A stretch of 63,946 nucleotides of DNA, the filler included, from Collodictyon triciliatum (taxonomy: Eukaryota): assembly GCA_043381765.1 (NCBI GenBank). It is 7 parts of 7 records of this genome, joined end to end, with 100 filler letters (N's around TTAATTAATTAA, not from the genome) between each part and the next. Parts side by side here need not be neighbours in the genome. Positions count along the whole stretch, not along the records: positions 1 to 9,997 come from JBHJMP010002837.1; positions 10,098 to 20,085 come from JBHJMP010002838.1; 5 more parts are not named here. One strand, 5' to 3'. Numbering within the stretch: the first letter of the stretch is position 1; every line of letters starts with the position of its first letter. The translations under genes and the position numbers were made by a program. Below, piece after piece: positions 1 through 11,620 of this stretch. Below the pieces are notes generated by a model. That model saw nothing but the letters and a program-made list of their open reading frames with translations. It made no database searches and had not been told where the DNA came from.

Positions 1-1114
1 TCCTCGTATACCTTACCGCCATTCTGGGTGGTCAGTAAAATGCCCAGGGCTGGCGAGTTTGATGTATTTAGCAAAATAGTCCGCCAAACAGGGACATGGA
101 TGTGCCCGTGGAGGAACATCAGCAAGCTCCCGAAAAGCTCTCAGTCGCTCCTCTACGCAATGCAGCACACAAAGAGAATTAAAATTGAAGCATTTTTTCC
201 AGGTATTCATACCTTCTTGTTTATTCTTTGTAGATGTAAATGGAATTGTCCCTCTTTCTTCTTTTTAAGAAAAAAAAAAAGGAAAAATAGTGTGTGAAAG
301 AGAAAATACAATCATGATGATTTTCCGTCATAATTTAGCTACAAAAAACGACGATGCTGTGGTATCATCTCCAACGGAAAAATCAAGCGCCTTATCTATC
401 TCCAATACCTTTACGGCCTTCCACTTTAGTGGAGACAAACTGGAACCAATTACAACAGATCTGTCTGATACACCCAAAAAACGCGGTCGAGGGCGACCGT
501 GTAGACGTCTGATTGTGAATGATGCTCATCGCACTTTTTTCTTTGGAGAAGTATCCTCATGTCCTATCCCTTCCTCATCGGCATATAGAGAGAGCCCGCC
601 TCAATCCCCTGGACAAGAGCACCTTCAAAATTGCCTCGAGGCCTCAGAGCCTACAAACTCAAAGGTAAACCATGAACAAACCCCGCACAAGAGGCCAAAG
701 ATAGAGAAAAGATCCACAAAACCTGTTGATGGTAATCTCCCAAAACCAGATGCAAACTCATCCACAGAAACGAATTATTGCTTGGATCTATTTGATATTG
801 ATACCATCCCGGATAAAGACAATGAAGCTAAGGACAACCCAACAGCCAAACGCGAGCCTCTATTATCCGAGACCCGTCGTCTATCATTCAGCAGTGTTAC
901 GTCTCTGGAGCCAGATCAAGACGATGACCTCGCCACAGGGCAAAATAACTCATTACCAAGTCCTTTTGTGTTGAAAACAACACCATTGTCATCCCCTATT
1001 GATTCCTCCACGAAAGAAAAGAGCGATATCCTTGACTTGTCACCACACCAATGCTATCCTGATAATTCCCACGAGTTACAGCTTTTTCCGGGCATTGAGA
1101 ATCCTCGATGGTAG
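1..1114 (+). CDS. 5'-partial uncharacterised S/P-rich protein with an AT-hook-like motif
   Basis: Open frame from the window start to a GT donor near 203, AG acceptor near 338, then a long exon to TAG at 1114 containing KKRGRGRP. No family recognised. Confidence 0.5.
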
Positions 1115-2103
1115 GAGTTTTGTGTGCCTTTCTTCAATAATGGAGCATCTTCGTCAAAAATCTCTCCCCTTGGTATATTACCGAATTCTCGGGTGCCTGG
1201 CCGTCGAAAATGAATCTTGGAATATTCAGCGTCGATCTCTCATGATTCCCTTTTATCAAGCCACAACATGGAGAAGAAAAAACTGTTTATTATGTGTTCG
1301 TGTGTCCTTCGAAAATAACTCAACATTATGTTATCTCTGATGCTCTTCTTTGGGGGTGTTCGAAGCACACCCAGCCCCAAAAAAAATAATCTCAAACAAA
1401 AATCTGATATAGGTCTCTTTTGATTTTGTCACCCTTTAATTATTTTTTTCTTCAGATTAACCCCCCTAATCACATGATTTGCTTGCCATTCTTTTCGACA
1501 ACATCTGTTCGTCCCTAATCCCTACCTCCACAAATTATTTTTTTTGTGTGTCTGTTCCCACATAGCTTCAACAACACTTTTTCCCCTCTTTGTTTCCCAA
1601 TTGGAAAACCTTGCCAAGCCATAACTTTAAGATATATCTATAATGAATAAAGAAGATGAAGAAAAAAAACAATATGCAATACCTGCATATTAATCAACTC
1701 AAAAGACTCTCAATTTAGTCATATATCGTATCATAGAATTAGATTAATATAAATAGACTTTATCGGCAATAGTAGAGACCGGAGAATAATTGAGATGAGG
1801 GAAAAGGTGGCTTAGAGAGAACCTTGTTCTTATTGGGTAGTCAGCCGCGCATCATCGTTTGTGTTATTTTTCTTGTATGGAATTAAAGTTCGGAATCATT
1901 CAAAGGTTACACCACTTTTGCTATCCGTTTTTTCCCTTTTTCTCTGGGAATAAATCTCATAGCAGCCACAAGAGTTAGCTACGACTCAACGCCATGGGTC
2001 TGTGCTTTTGCGTATCACGACATCGTATTGGTTGTGGTTGGTTTAAGTTCTAACTTCAAACAAAAGAGTCTCCCGGTCAGTTTACATGTTCGGATAGTAA
2101 CAT

Positions 2104-5100
2104 TTAGCCAGTCCTTTCCTTCTTTTTTAGGATGTTAAGTTGTTGTTGGTAACCAGACACTTTGTCTGGTTCTGTAGACTTTGTGTATAAGTCGATGAGT
2201 GCATTGAGCATATCCATTTCGCATTCGATATCTTGAATCTTTCGAGCATAACCAAGAGCGGATTCATATCTATGGGCTGCTTCTCTCCACTTTCCTGTCT
2301 CTTCCATGGCAGCTGCTATTAATGAAGCAAGTTGGTATCTATATTTGTTGTATTGGATTTCAGCTTCCCTGGCCAAAGGCTGTGATTCAGTACTGGCTTT
2401 TTCTCGCTTCTCAATCCATCTAATACACATATCAGAGTACTCCATCGCTCGGGTTATGTATCTCAGTGACTTGTAACATTGAGCCATGCGAACATATATT
2501 TCGGGTGACTCTATTTCTGACGTATACATACGAAGAAGATTGTCATATGCTTCCAAGGCGACCTTGTACTCCCCAAGAGACTGTAATGCAGCCCCAAGTG
2601 ATTCGAGCGATTTCATAATTTTCGGTATATCCTTGTATTCTAGTGCCATTTGTAAGGATAATCTTCCGTAGACTGCAGCTTGGGGGTACTTTGATGCCAG
2701 ATTGTAGCCCTGTGTCATGTACAAAAGTAGTCGCATAGTGACCTTCACTTTGTCTGTGATGCACAATGTTCCCATGCGCTCTAAGAAATCCAAGGTGAAA
2801 CGAATAGATGTTTCTCCATCATTGGTGTTTATAGCTAGTTTGGTTTCAATTTTAATTTAATTTAATTTTTTGTTTTTAGTATAAAAAAATCGTTTATGTA
2901 ATTCTCTATTGAAAGTACTCAAGGAATTTGCTCAATGGCGATGAATGAGGGAGTGGGAAAAGTAAGCATCAAACCTCAAGTACAATTAAAAGGGGCGAAA
3001 AGAAAAAAAATTCACCATGTTCGATGTGCTGGAATTGTTGGAGACAAAAATGACTATCTTTGACATAACTTTTCGTGCCATACAGTTTCATTTTTTCTAA
3101 CATTTCGAACTGCTTCCTAGAAACTCCTCCTGGCTGAGGCGAATTTCTCTCTGTGGTGCTTGACTGGTTCAGAGGGTCAGTCATTTTATTTCCAGGCTCA
3201 GAGAAAGGAAATTCAACACTCTCTCCAACCATCTCACTCATTCCAAGGTTACCCGCAGATTTTGGGTGCTGTTTAGAGCCTGATATTGGCGGAAGTATCA
3301 TAGGGCCATGTTCGATTCCATTCGTAGGAACTGTTGCCGCTCGTGCCCGTTGGCTTACAGTAAGCGGGCCCGGTTTCCTGGCTGAGCGAGCACTTGCGTG
3401 TGTCTTATCAATAGGAATATCCGTCAATGGACGCCCAGATGGTGAAACAGGTGTCCCACTCTCGTTTGCATTATGCTGCCTCCAGAAATCTTCACGCTTA
3501 TCGAGATAAACAAGTCCGACCTGCGCTAATTTCTGAATCCCACCCTTCTTTAATGGGTCTATATGTATGCAAAAAAAAGAGTCCATAAAGATACATTAGT
3601 CATGGGACCATGCATTCAATTAAACTTTGTATGAGTTTAAACAAACAGACGATTTCGTTTCATGTATGTTTTTTTTTTCTGGTAATAATAATAATATATA
3701 TGTCAAATATACCAATCTCTTTGGCAAGTAGTTCCAGGTACATTTTATCTGTTGAAAGCTTGCCGAGTACTCTCCTACTGCTGCGAGATTTTTCTGTACT
3801 ATGCCATTCATATTCGTGGTTGATGACAGGCGCTGTCCTGACTCGAGAGCTCCTCGGTTTTACTTCAGAGAGCGGCTGTTCTTGCTGTCCTGGTTTCTTT
3901 AGTGTTGGCGTCGAACATACAGACCCTGCTTGCTTTACCTGGGGAATCAATCCCTTTCTAGATCTTATGGACTCATCGCCAAGCACAGATCTCTTTGGGA
4001 GAGAAGAGTTTGGGTGTGACTCTTTGCTCTTCTCTGAGTCATCTATATTAGACACGTATGAAAAAGACCTGAGCTATATGAGCTACCGAGGTGTATATTT
4101 TCTTTAGATTGTAGAAATTATAGAAAAGGAAAGGAAAAAAGGAAAATAAAAAAATTGGAAACGGAAGTCTTCATATATGTTTTGTTTCGCTCAATTTTGT
4201 TCCATTGAGTTATGTGGTTGGATGAGGAATTCATACAAATAGCTTCTTCAATAGCTTCTTGACTCTTTTGGATACCAAGACGGAATTCCTCCATATCAGG
4301 GCGCACTCTAGCACCTCGATGATAGAACACCAAAGCCATTTCGAAATCACCAGCGAAGAAGTGGGCCTCAGCCTTTTGCAGAATTGCCTGGGTCATCGAA
4401 TAGATGAGTGCTTTTTATAATAAAAAAAAATAAATAGAACGGTCATCTTCAAAATGAAACCGGATATTGAATCGACAATAGTGGCAGAATATTACTCGAA
4501 AATATGATTTATCTGACTCTAATGCCCTATTGGCATCTTTGATTGAAAGATCGCTCCTTCCCAGCAGCATATTGCATCGTGAGCGTAGGACTAACATCAG
4601 GCGGTCTCCTGGCTTGATTTCCATGGCCTGTAATTCAAAAAAAAAATGATCCATTGCGTGATGTTTCATGTTTACATATAGCTCCGATTATTTTTACTTC
4701 GTGCGTTGCTATACTTATTAGTTTTTTTTTTTTCAACTATTGAAGAGTTTTTTTCTTTATTCTATACAAGGGAAGGATAACTATTGATAAATGGTATGAA
4801 GTTTGTGCAACTCTATTAGTATACATAATATAATGTTGAGACATTTAGTTCATTTTGTCTGCTCTTGTTTTTTGTTTCTTTGTTATTTCTTGTTTTTTCT
4901 TGTTTTTTTCTTGTTTTTTTCTTGTTTTTTTCTTGTTTTTTTTCTTGTTTTTTTCATGTTTTTTTTAGGTTTTTTTGGTTTGTTTTCTGTTTTCTGTTTT
5001 CTGTTTTCTATTTTCTATTTTCTATTTTCTATTTTCTATTTTCTGTTTTCTGTTTTCTGTTTTCTGTTTTCTGTTTTCTGTTTTCTGTTTTCTGTTTTCT

Positions 5101-5337
5101 GTTTTCTGTTTTCGAACCCCCTAATTCAGCCCTCACCTTATTGAAAGAAAGGATGGCGCGCTCGTAATCGCCCTGCTTCATGAGGTGCTCCCCTTCTGTT
5201 GACAGTGACGCAAAGTTCAGTGCTAGTGTAGTTTGATTAACATTGGTTGTTTTGTGCTCCTCATTGCCCATCGAGTTTGCTCGGCTCATGGTCGGCTGGA
5301 AAAAGAAAGACCGTTGAGGCTTCTCGGCTTCGCCCAT
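2104..5337 (-). CDS. TTC25: Outer dynein arm docking TPR protein TTC25/ODAD4 (6 exons)
   Basis: Hand-spliced through GT-AG introns: EGEHLMKQGDYERAILSFNK|AMEIKPGDRLMLVLRSRC...|AILQKAEAHFFAGDFEMALVFYHRGARVRPDMEEFRLGIQKSQEAI, then DKMYLE...YLDKREDFWRQ and C-terminal TPRs. These motifs are characteristic of TTC25. Confidence 0.88.
4983..5112. repeat. (TTTTCTG/A)n intronic tandem repeat
   Basis: Direct reading; in intron 1 of TTC25. Confidence 0.9.
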
Positions 5338-6437
5338 CTTGCGGGCCTGCTTGAGACTGGCGCGAGTTTTTCAGAAGGCTGTGCAGGATTATTGTCAGTG
5401 GCCAAGAAGTAAGGTGACTGCGAAAAGCAGGTTTTTATGAACACACGGCTCGACTCTCATATCCTGCACTGAGCCTCGCATCTGGGTGAGGATATGAACG
5501 CCCCGGGTCACTCAGTCACGATCACAAAGTATTCGAAATCAAGGCGTGTTGTGTGGAGCTGGTTCATACTTCAGGAAAAAGGTGATTGATGCTGCATCCA
5601 TACTGGCGTGAAGAATCCGTTATAATATATTACATTAATGTTATTATATATATACTTATATTCGTCATATTAATCGATTATAATCATTCAGACTGTATCG
5701 ATGCACCAAAATATATATTTTCCATGATTGATTATATGATAAGTGGAATCACATTTTCCACAAAAGCGGCCGGAAGGGAATTTTTATGTTCACAACGGTC
5801 GAAGTGAGCAGCACAGAGCTTTTTCTAAATATGTCGAATTTAATATAATGTTCATAGAACATGTACACATATGCGAAGTGCTTTCCAACCATAATTCCAC
5901 AAATAGATAAACGCAATTGGAATGTGTTCAACGCGACCCACCTCTGTCGCACACGGGAAAATTACCACTAAGTCCCGCCTTGGGCTGGTGCAAGGGACTT
6001 CTTTTCTTAACACTTCAACAATCATCCAGAAAACCTGCATCGGAAAATATCTCTGCCAAGGATGCAACGCGAGCAAGGCTTTTCGAATACCTAACATTCA
6101 GGTGCAACATGCCCTCTAGGATGCATTGACCACGCCGTGGAAACGGCTCCGCGTCAAAAGCTGTGCGACACAATTTCATTCCTTTAATATCTGGGCGAGC
6201 TCCTGATTTCCGCTATTTGCTGTTGCTAGTGATGGATTCATGGATGTGAGTGCTCCAACGCATTTGTTTCCCTTTAATACCCGTAGTAGCATGATTGAGC
6301 AGGGTGGAATTTAATCGGGGGCTGGGTAAGTACGCTATCGGCAGTGGTGGCTTGATATTCTTGATGTTTTAAGAGGTGACTACGAGGTATACACTAGAAC
6401 TCGTATTGGGAACCGCATCATATATTATGAAAATTAT

Positions 6438-7014
6438 TTAATTGTGGCTTGCGGGGACCTCCACATTTTCCTTTGGTGCCACGCTTGTGGGATGTAATTC
6501 CAAGGTATCGATTCGGGAGGATAGGTGAACTTTTGTCTTGGTGCGGTATGATTCACGAACATTGCAATATTCGACCTATTTCAAAAGAAAACAGAGTAAC
6601 GTATTGGGCTCAGTAATCCATTAGCGCATCATTAGATTAGTAAAGCAGTCGATTATTCTTCTATTGAGACATTCTATGGTTTGATGAAATCATTGAACCA
6701 TTGAGGTTAGAGTATCCACAACATAGTTTATAGGGTAAGTAAATAAATAGAATGACAGCATACTTCAATCCCTGACAGTAGGACTTTGTTGAGTTTGAGA
6801 CAGACATCTGCCATCAAGTTCGAAACGAACTCTAAATACAAATGTTTATAGTTATCAAATATCCTCAAAGTTCAGTAAGTACATACAGAAAATGATAGCA
6901 TATGGGTTTCGAATGTTTTGTATATATTAAACCTGATTTCCCCTCAAACTGTATTTCTCCATGTATGAACGGTGGCCTTTTTGTGTGGAATGCTCCGACA
7001 CTCCAATTTAATGT
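6438..7014 (-). CDS. 3' fragment (3 exons) of a mu-homology-domain protein (adaptor medium-subunit-like, divergent)
   Basis: Exons 7014-6933, 6831-6764 and 6575-6438 give TLNWSVGAFHTKRPPFIHGEIQFEGKSEFVSNLMADVCLKLNKVLLSGIEVEYCNVRESYRTKTKVHLSSRIDTLELHP...*, resembling the LxWxxG...P.l.G.i...lSGl.V C-terminal pattern of AP-3 mu. The 5' part is lost in the N gap. Confidence 0.5.
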
Positions 7015-7569
7015 CTATCAAAAACAAGTCAGAGTTTGATAGCATANNNNNNNNNNNNNNNNNNNNNNNNNNNNNNNNNNNNNNNNNNNNNNNNNNNNNN
7101 NNNNNNNNNNNNNNNNNNNNNNNNNNNNNNNNNNNNNNNNNNNNNNNNNNNNNNNNNNNNNNNNNNNNNNNNNNNNNNNNNNNNNNNNNNNNNNNNNNNN
7201 NNNNNNNNNNNNNNNNNNNNNNNNNNNNNNNNNNNNNNNNNNNNNNNNNNNNNNNNNNNNNNNNNNNNNNNNNNNNNNNNNNNNNNNNNNNNNNNNNNNN
7301 NNNNNNNNNNNNNNNNNNNNNNNNNNNNNNNNNNNNNNNNNNNNNNNNNNNNNNNNNNNNNNNNNNNNNNNNNNNNNNNNNNNNNNNNNNNNNNNNNNNN
7401 NNNNNNNNNNNNNNNNNNNNNNNNNNNNNNNNNNNNNNNNNNNNNNNNNNNNNNNNNNNNNNNNNNNNNNNNNNNNNNNNNNNNNNNNNTTCGATAAATA
7501 CTTTCTTTTCAGATACTCCATCCCCTATTTGTCATGTTCCATCTAACAAAACACCCACATAATTTATAG

Positions 7570-9664
7570 GTTCAAAGGAAAGGTTCGAAATAGACACATA
7601 CCAAAATATCAACTAGAGACATTTATCAAGGAGCTTATGAATGCCAGGTCGACTGCACCGCCAGAAGATGCTGTGCTTCCAGTGAGTTATTACTCCCAAA
7701 AAAAAAAAAAACAATTACGCATTCATAATTTAAAAAATCACCATTTGCATACATTTTTTTTAAAAAAAAAAAACCTAGAGCTCGTATTTGAGAGTAGCAT
7801 TACGATTATATATTACATGAGAAACATGGTTGAAAGCTTTCCATGAATATTCATTCACCAACTTAATGGGATTTAGTTTGAAGAATATCTTTACCTATTT
7901 CTCCAAAAGAAATTTGGAATTCAATCTATGATTGCTGAATGGGGCTACAGCTTGTTGGATTCCTTGAAACGCTTTGATTACGATGCAGACTGCGAAATAT
8001 TACTAAAAATACTCTTAGGTTGTGATTTTTCTTTCTACCTTTCTTTTTAAATGCAACCGTCCAAACAAAATTCCTTGAGAACATTAGTCAGTTGTTTTAC
8101 AGGTGTTTCTCATGTCTTAAAAAACATAGGAGAGACGGGAGAAGATGTTTACTTTGAACAACAAAAAATGCTGGACAAACTTCACAAAACTTTCATCAAA
8201 ACCGATACAGAGCTCAATTCAGGGAAGGTCACTGGCTCACTGGGAAAAGCAGACATAAGGTCACCAAGATTTGAGCTTTGAATTAATTTTTTTGAATGAA
8301 CTCGATTGTGTACCTTCTGAAATTAAAATCAATCTTTCTGACCAAACAGATCTGTTATAAAGAAATTCTTTTCCTCCAAGGCAGATGAAGACTTATCCGG
8401 TCTTCTGAAGGTATAAAATCTTGAGCGATATTGTTGTAGCATGCTAGTACATATTGAGCTACTCTGAGTATATGATACCAGGAACCATTTTAACCAAAAT
8501 TTATATTTTGAGGAAAGAAGATTTAAAAAATATGACTTTGCCATGCTCTTAAAAAAAATACGAATGTGTTTAAAACAAAAATTAAAATATAACAAAGGCC
8601 CTTGAAGAGGATGCCCAAGGCCCAATAGTTGAATACGACAAGCTATTCTTAGAAAACAGAGAGGGCGACCAAGTATACTTAGTTTCATTTTTTTTTTAAA
8701 AAAAAAAATCAACCATCTTAGTTGGAGGCATATTATCGTAGATATGGTTTGTATATTAGGGTGCATTCCTTGAAGAAATACGCGACCAATATCTCAAAGA
8801 ACGCACAGCATATTTAAAGGATATTGAGGTTTGTGATATTTGAAATTCTCTCTGTATCTTGTGTTTTTTTTTTCGGCATCTGGTTTATTTAATTAGACTA
8901 CTCTCATCAAATAGGATGCCCTTCGAGAAAACTCCATCGACGGAACTGTCACTGTTGCAGGCGCGAGGACTGCATTCATGGCAACCGATCCGAAAAAACC
9001 AAAGACAGACCTAAACGAACTATTGTGTCGTTCTTTCAAAATACGGGAAGTCACACAGGATTCTGATAGCGTGTCATTGAGTATTGAAGATGTCATGAAA
9101 GTGGGTCTACATAGCATTTTCTCGACTTCCATTCTTTTATTATACACAATATTACGGGATTCTTTCTTGTATGCCGCTCATTTCATTAAAACTGCACGCA
9201 CAAAACTGAAGAATATAAAAGAACTTTTCCAAAAAATAAAATGGAAATTAATGACACTCATTTGACCCTATATTAGAATATTCGATTTGGTGTTTTGAAG
9301 AGACTAGCAAAGAAGGATGCCAGCAAGAAGAAGGGTCGTCCAGTCACAAACGCACGATGTAATATTTCATGTCCTTTAGAATGTACTTGTCAAAAAAAAA
9401 AACAAAAAAAAAACACACAATCACCTTGTTACTTCGAATCATTTTCATGAAAACATTCATGAATATTATTATCAACACAATTGCATTTCACCTTAAGATG
9501 CCGGTGGAAATGTGGACCAACCTAGCGTGTCGTATGAAGTACTACCAGCAGGAGCTGAAGCAGGAGTTGCGTATGTGTACACTATGTAAATTTGATAGAT
9601 TATTTATGCCCATGTTTGCTCATTTATTTATTTTTACAGGAGTGGTGATGAAGGGGCAAAGTAA
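7570..9664 (+). CDS. TSNAXIP1: 5'-partial translin-associated factor X-interacting protein 1-like (10 exons)
   Basis: Spliced exons give FKGKVRNRHIPK..., FLQKKFGIQSMIAEWGYSLLDSLKRFDYDADCEILLKILLGETGEDVY and YDKLFLENREGDQGAFLEEIRDQYLKER, typical TSNAXIP1 motifs. TAA at 9662-9664. Confidence 0.85.
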
Positions 9665-9890
9665 ACTTGAATCAGGATTTGGAGTCCTATGCTGTCTGGC
9701 CAGTCTCGTCGTTGTTTATCTCTCGTGCTTTCTCTTAGCCTCATTATTTCTCGAATCCACAAGCTTAATTGCCAAAGATGTAGCACACAATTCCAATGTA
9801 AATTCATCCTTTGTCTCTCAATCGCCACATTAAATGTGTTCTCATTTATCCCCTGCATTCTGTCGCATATTCAATCTGGCTTCGCCTGCA

Positions 9891-9997
9891 ACATACATAC
9901 ATACATACATACATACATACATACATACATACATACATACATACATACATACATACATACATACATACATACATACATACATACATACATACATACA
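9891..9997. repeat. (ACAT)n microsatellite
   Basis: Direct reading; scaffold end. Confidence 0.95.
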
Positions 9998-10097
9998 NNN
10001 NNNNNNNNNNNNNNNNNNNNNNNNNNNNNNNNNNNNNNNNNTTAATTAATTAANNNNNNNNNNNNNNNNNNNNNNNNNNNNNNNNNNNNNNNNNNNN
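9998..10097. other. Artificial scaffold spacer N44-TTAATTAATTAA-N44 (also at 20086-20185, 30156-30255, 40220-40319, 50284-50383, 60343-60442)
   Basis: Six identical 100-nt spacers carrying stops in all six frames, separating pieces of non-increasing length. Confidence 0.97.
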
Positions 10098-10188
<91 letters not shown>

Positions 10189-10190
10189 TT
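10098..10190. repeat. (CTTT)n microsatellite
   Basis: Direct reading; scaffold start. Confidence 0.95.
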
Positions 10191-10291
10191 TCTCTTATGA
10201 ACTCTATGTTGGGTGCGAGAGCCCCTCGCTTATATAACTTCCCGAAACTACAATACATACATCCCACATACTGTTCATGATTTGTCTGCGC

Positions 10292-10994
10292 AGTTGTTGT
10301 TGACCTTCCAGAAAGTGGAGTCCAGCCCAAAGTCTCGCACATGGCCAGGAATAAAATACACGACGGTTGCTATCCAATCCAAGAAAACAACTCCCATCCG
10401 GCTTTGGTAGATACTGGTGGATGGGAATTAATCTACAAGGAAATGGTGATTTTACTGCATGTTCTCTTCACCACCTTAGTATCCAATTAAAAAAATTATT
10501 AGTTTTGTCTCTCAAATCATCCCATCTGTACACTAAATCATGAAGCTTTGCTTTTCTTTTGGATAGCATGGACAAAATTCCTCCGATTAAATACTCTCAT
10601 CTTGTCTCTAGATGATGATGAATCCTTTTCACTATTGTCGTTCATTCATCAAACCGACTAAAAAATACACCATGATTCAAACGTTTTATCTGGATTTTCC
10701 CCTTCTAATAGTATTTTTTTCTCTCATTTGAATATGTCCTGAACACAGACGCATCACACAATCAACAGCCACGGCGCTCTTGGGATGCAAGTGGAAGGAA
10801 AGCGTGTTCAAATCCCCAAAATACGGACACGAAACTCAACCCACATGTCGAACACATCGGCAACGCCTTCGCCGACAACAAAGAGTGATGTGGAGGACAA
10901 CTTTAATCTTTCACCGGGCTCGGCAAGTGAATTGCCTGCCCCGGAAAATCCTGTGCTTCTTAGTAAGCAGACTGAAAAGTCTGGGAATGTTTGA
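10292..10994 (+). CDS. 3' fragment of an unknown gene
   Basis: Two GC-richer exon-like blocks with AG/GT ends (about 10292-10445 and 10749-10994), the last ending in TGA. Frame of the first is ambiguous. Confidence 0.3.
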
Positions 10995-11620
10995 GCAAGA
11001 ATGTCCTCTGTCAATACTTCCTTTTTTTCTTTCTCTCTCTTAGGAATGATTTCTTTTTATTGTTTTTTCTATTCAGGGGTTTCGTTTCGAATTGCGTCGT
11101 GTCTCAGTTCTGTTGTTTTCTCTTTCTCTGTCTCTCTTATTTTTCTTTCTTTTAGATTTTCTTATATGTATGAATTGTGATGGTGGTGACAGTCAATTAT
11201 TTTTAAAAGGTTTTTTTTTTGAGAAAAACAAACGGTTTTCATTTCATCCAAAGAATAAATGATGGATGATTACAGAAATATTTGTAACAATATGATTGTT
11301 GGTAAGTTCGTGGCTCCAGTAACCATGAAAAGGAGCGCCAAGCGGCCAAGGTGGTAAAATACTTTATTTATTTTCCATGTATTATATCAAAAGTAAGACA
11401 CTACGACAGTGGAATTCAAAAGGAAGAAAAGAACATGACTGTTGAGTGAGGATGGGAGAGATGAAAACAGACGAAGACATTTTATTAATCCTTTTTTTTT
11501 TAAAAAAAAAAAGCAAACGAAGACAGTGCTGCGGATGACACTTGCAATTAGAAAGGAGTGCACACGAGGGGAGTGAGTATAGAGCACAAAGAAAACAAAT
11601 GTTTGGAACAAAGTGGCAAA

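Noticed and set aside
5800-6420. GC-richer stretch with short ORFs, possibly a decayed gene or transposon
   Set aside because: Stops in all frames examined and no recognisable motif or repeat boundary.
10042-10053. TTAATTAATTAA recurring every ~10 kb as a periodic element
   Set aside because: Always centred in N44 runs; an artificial six-frame-stop linker.
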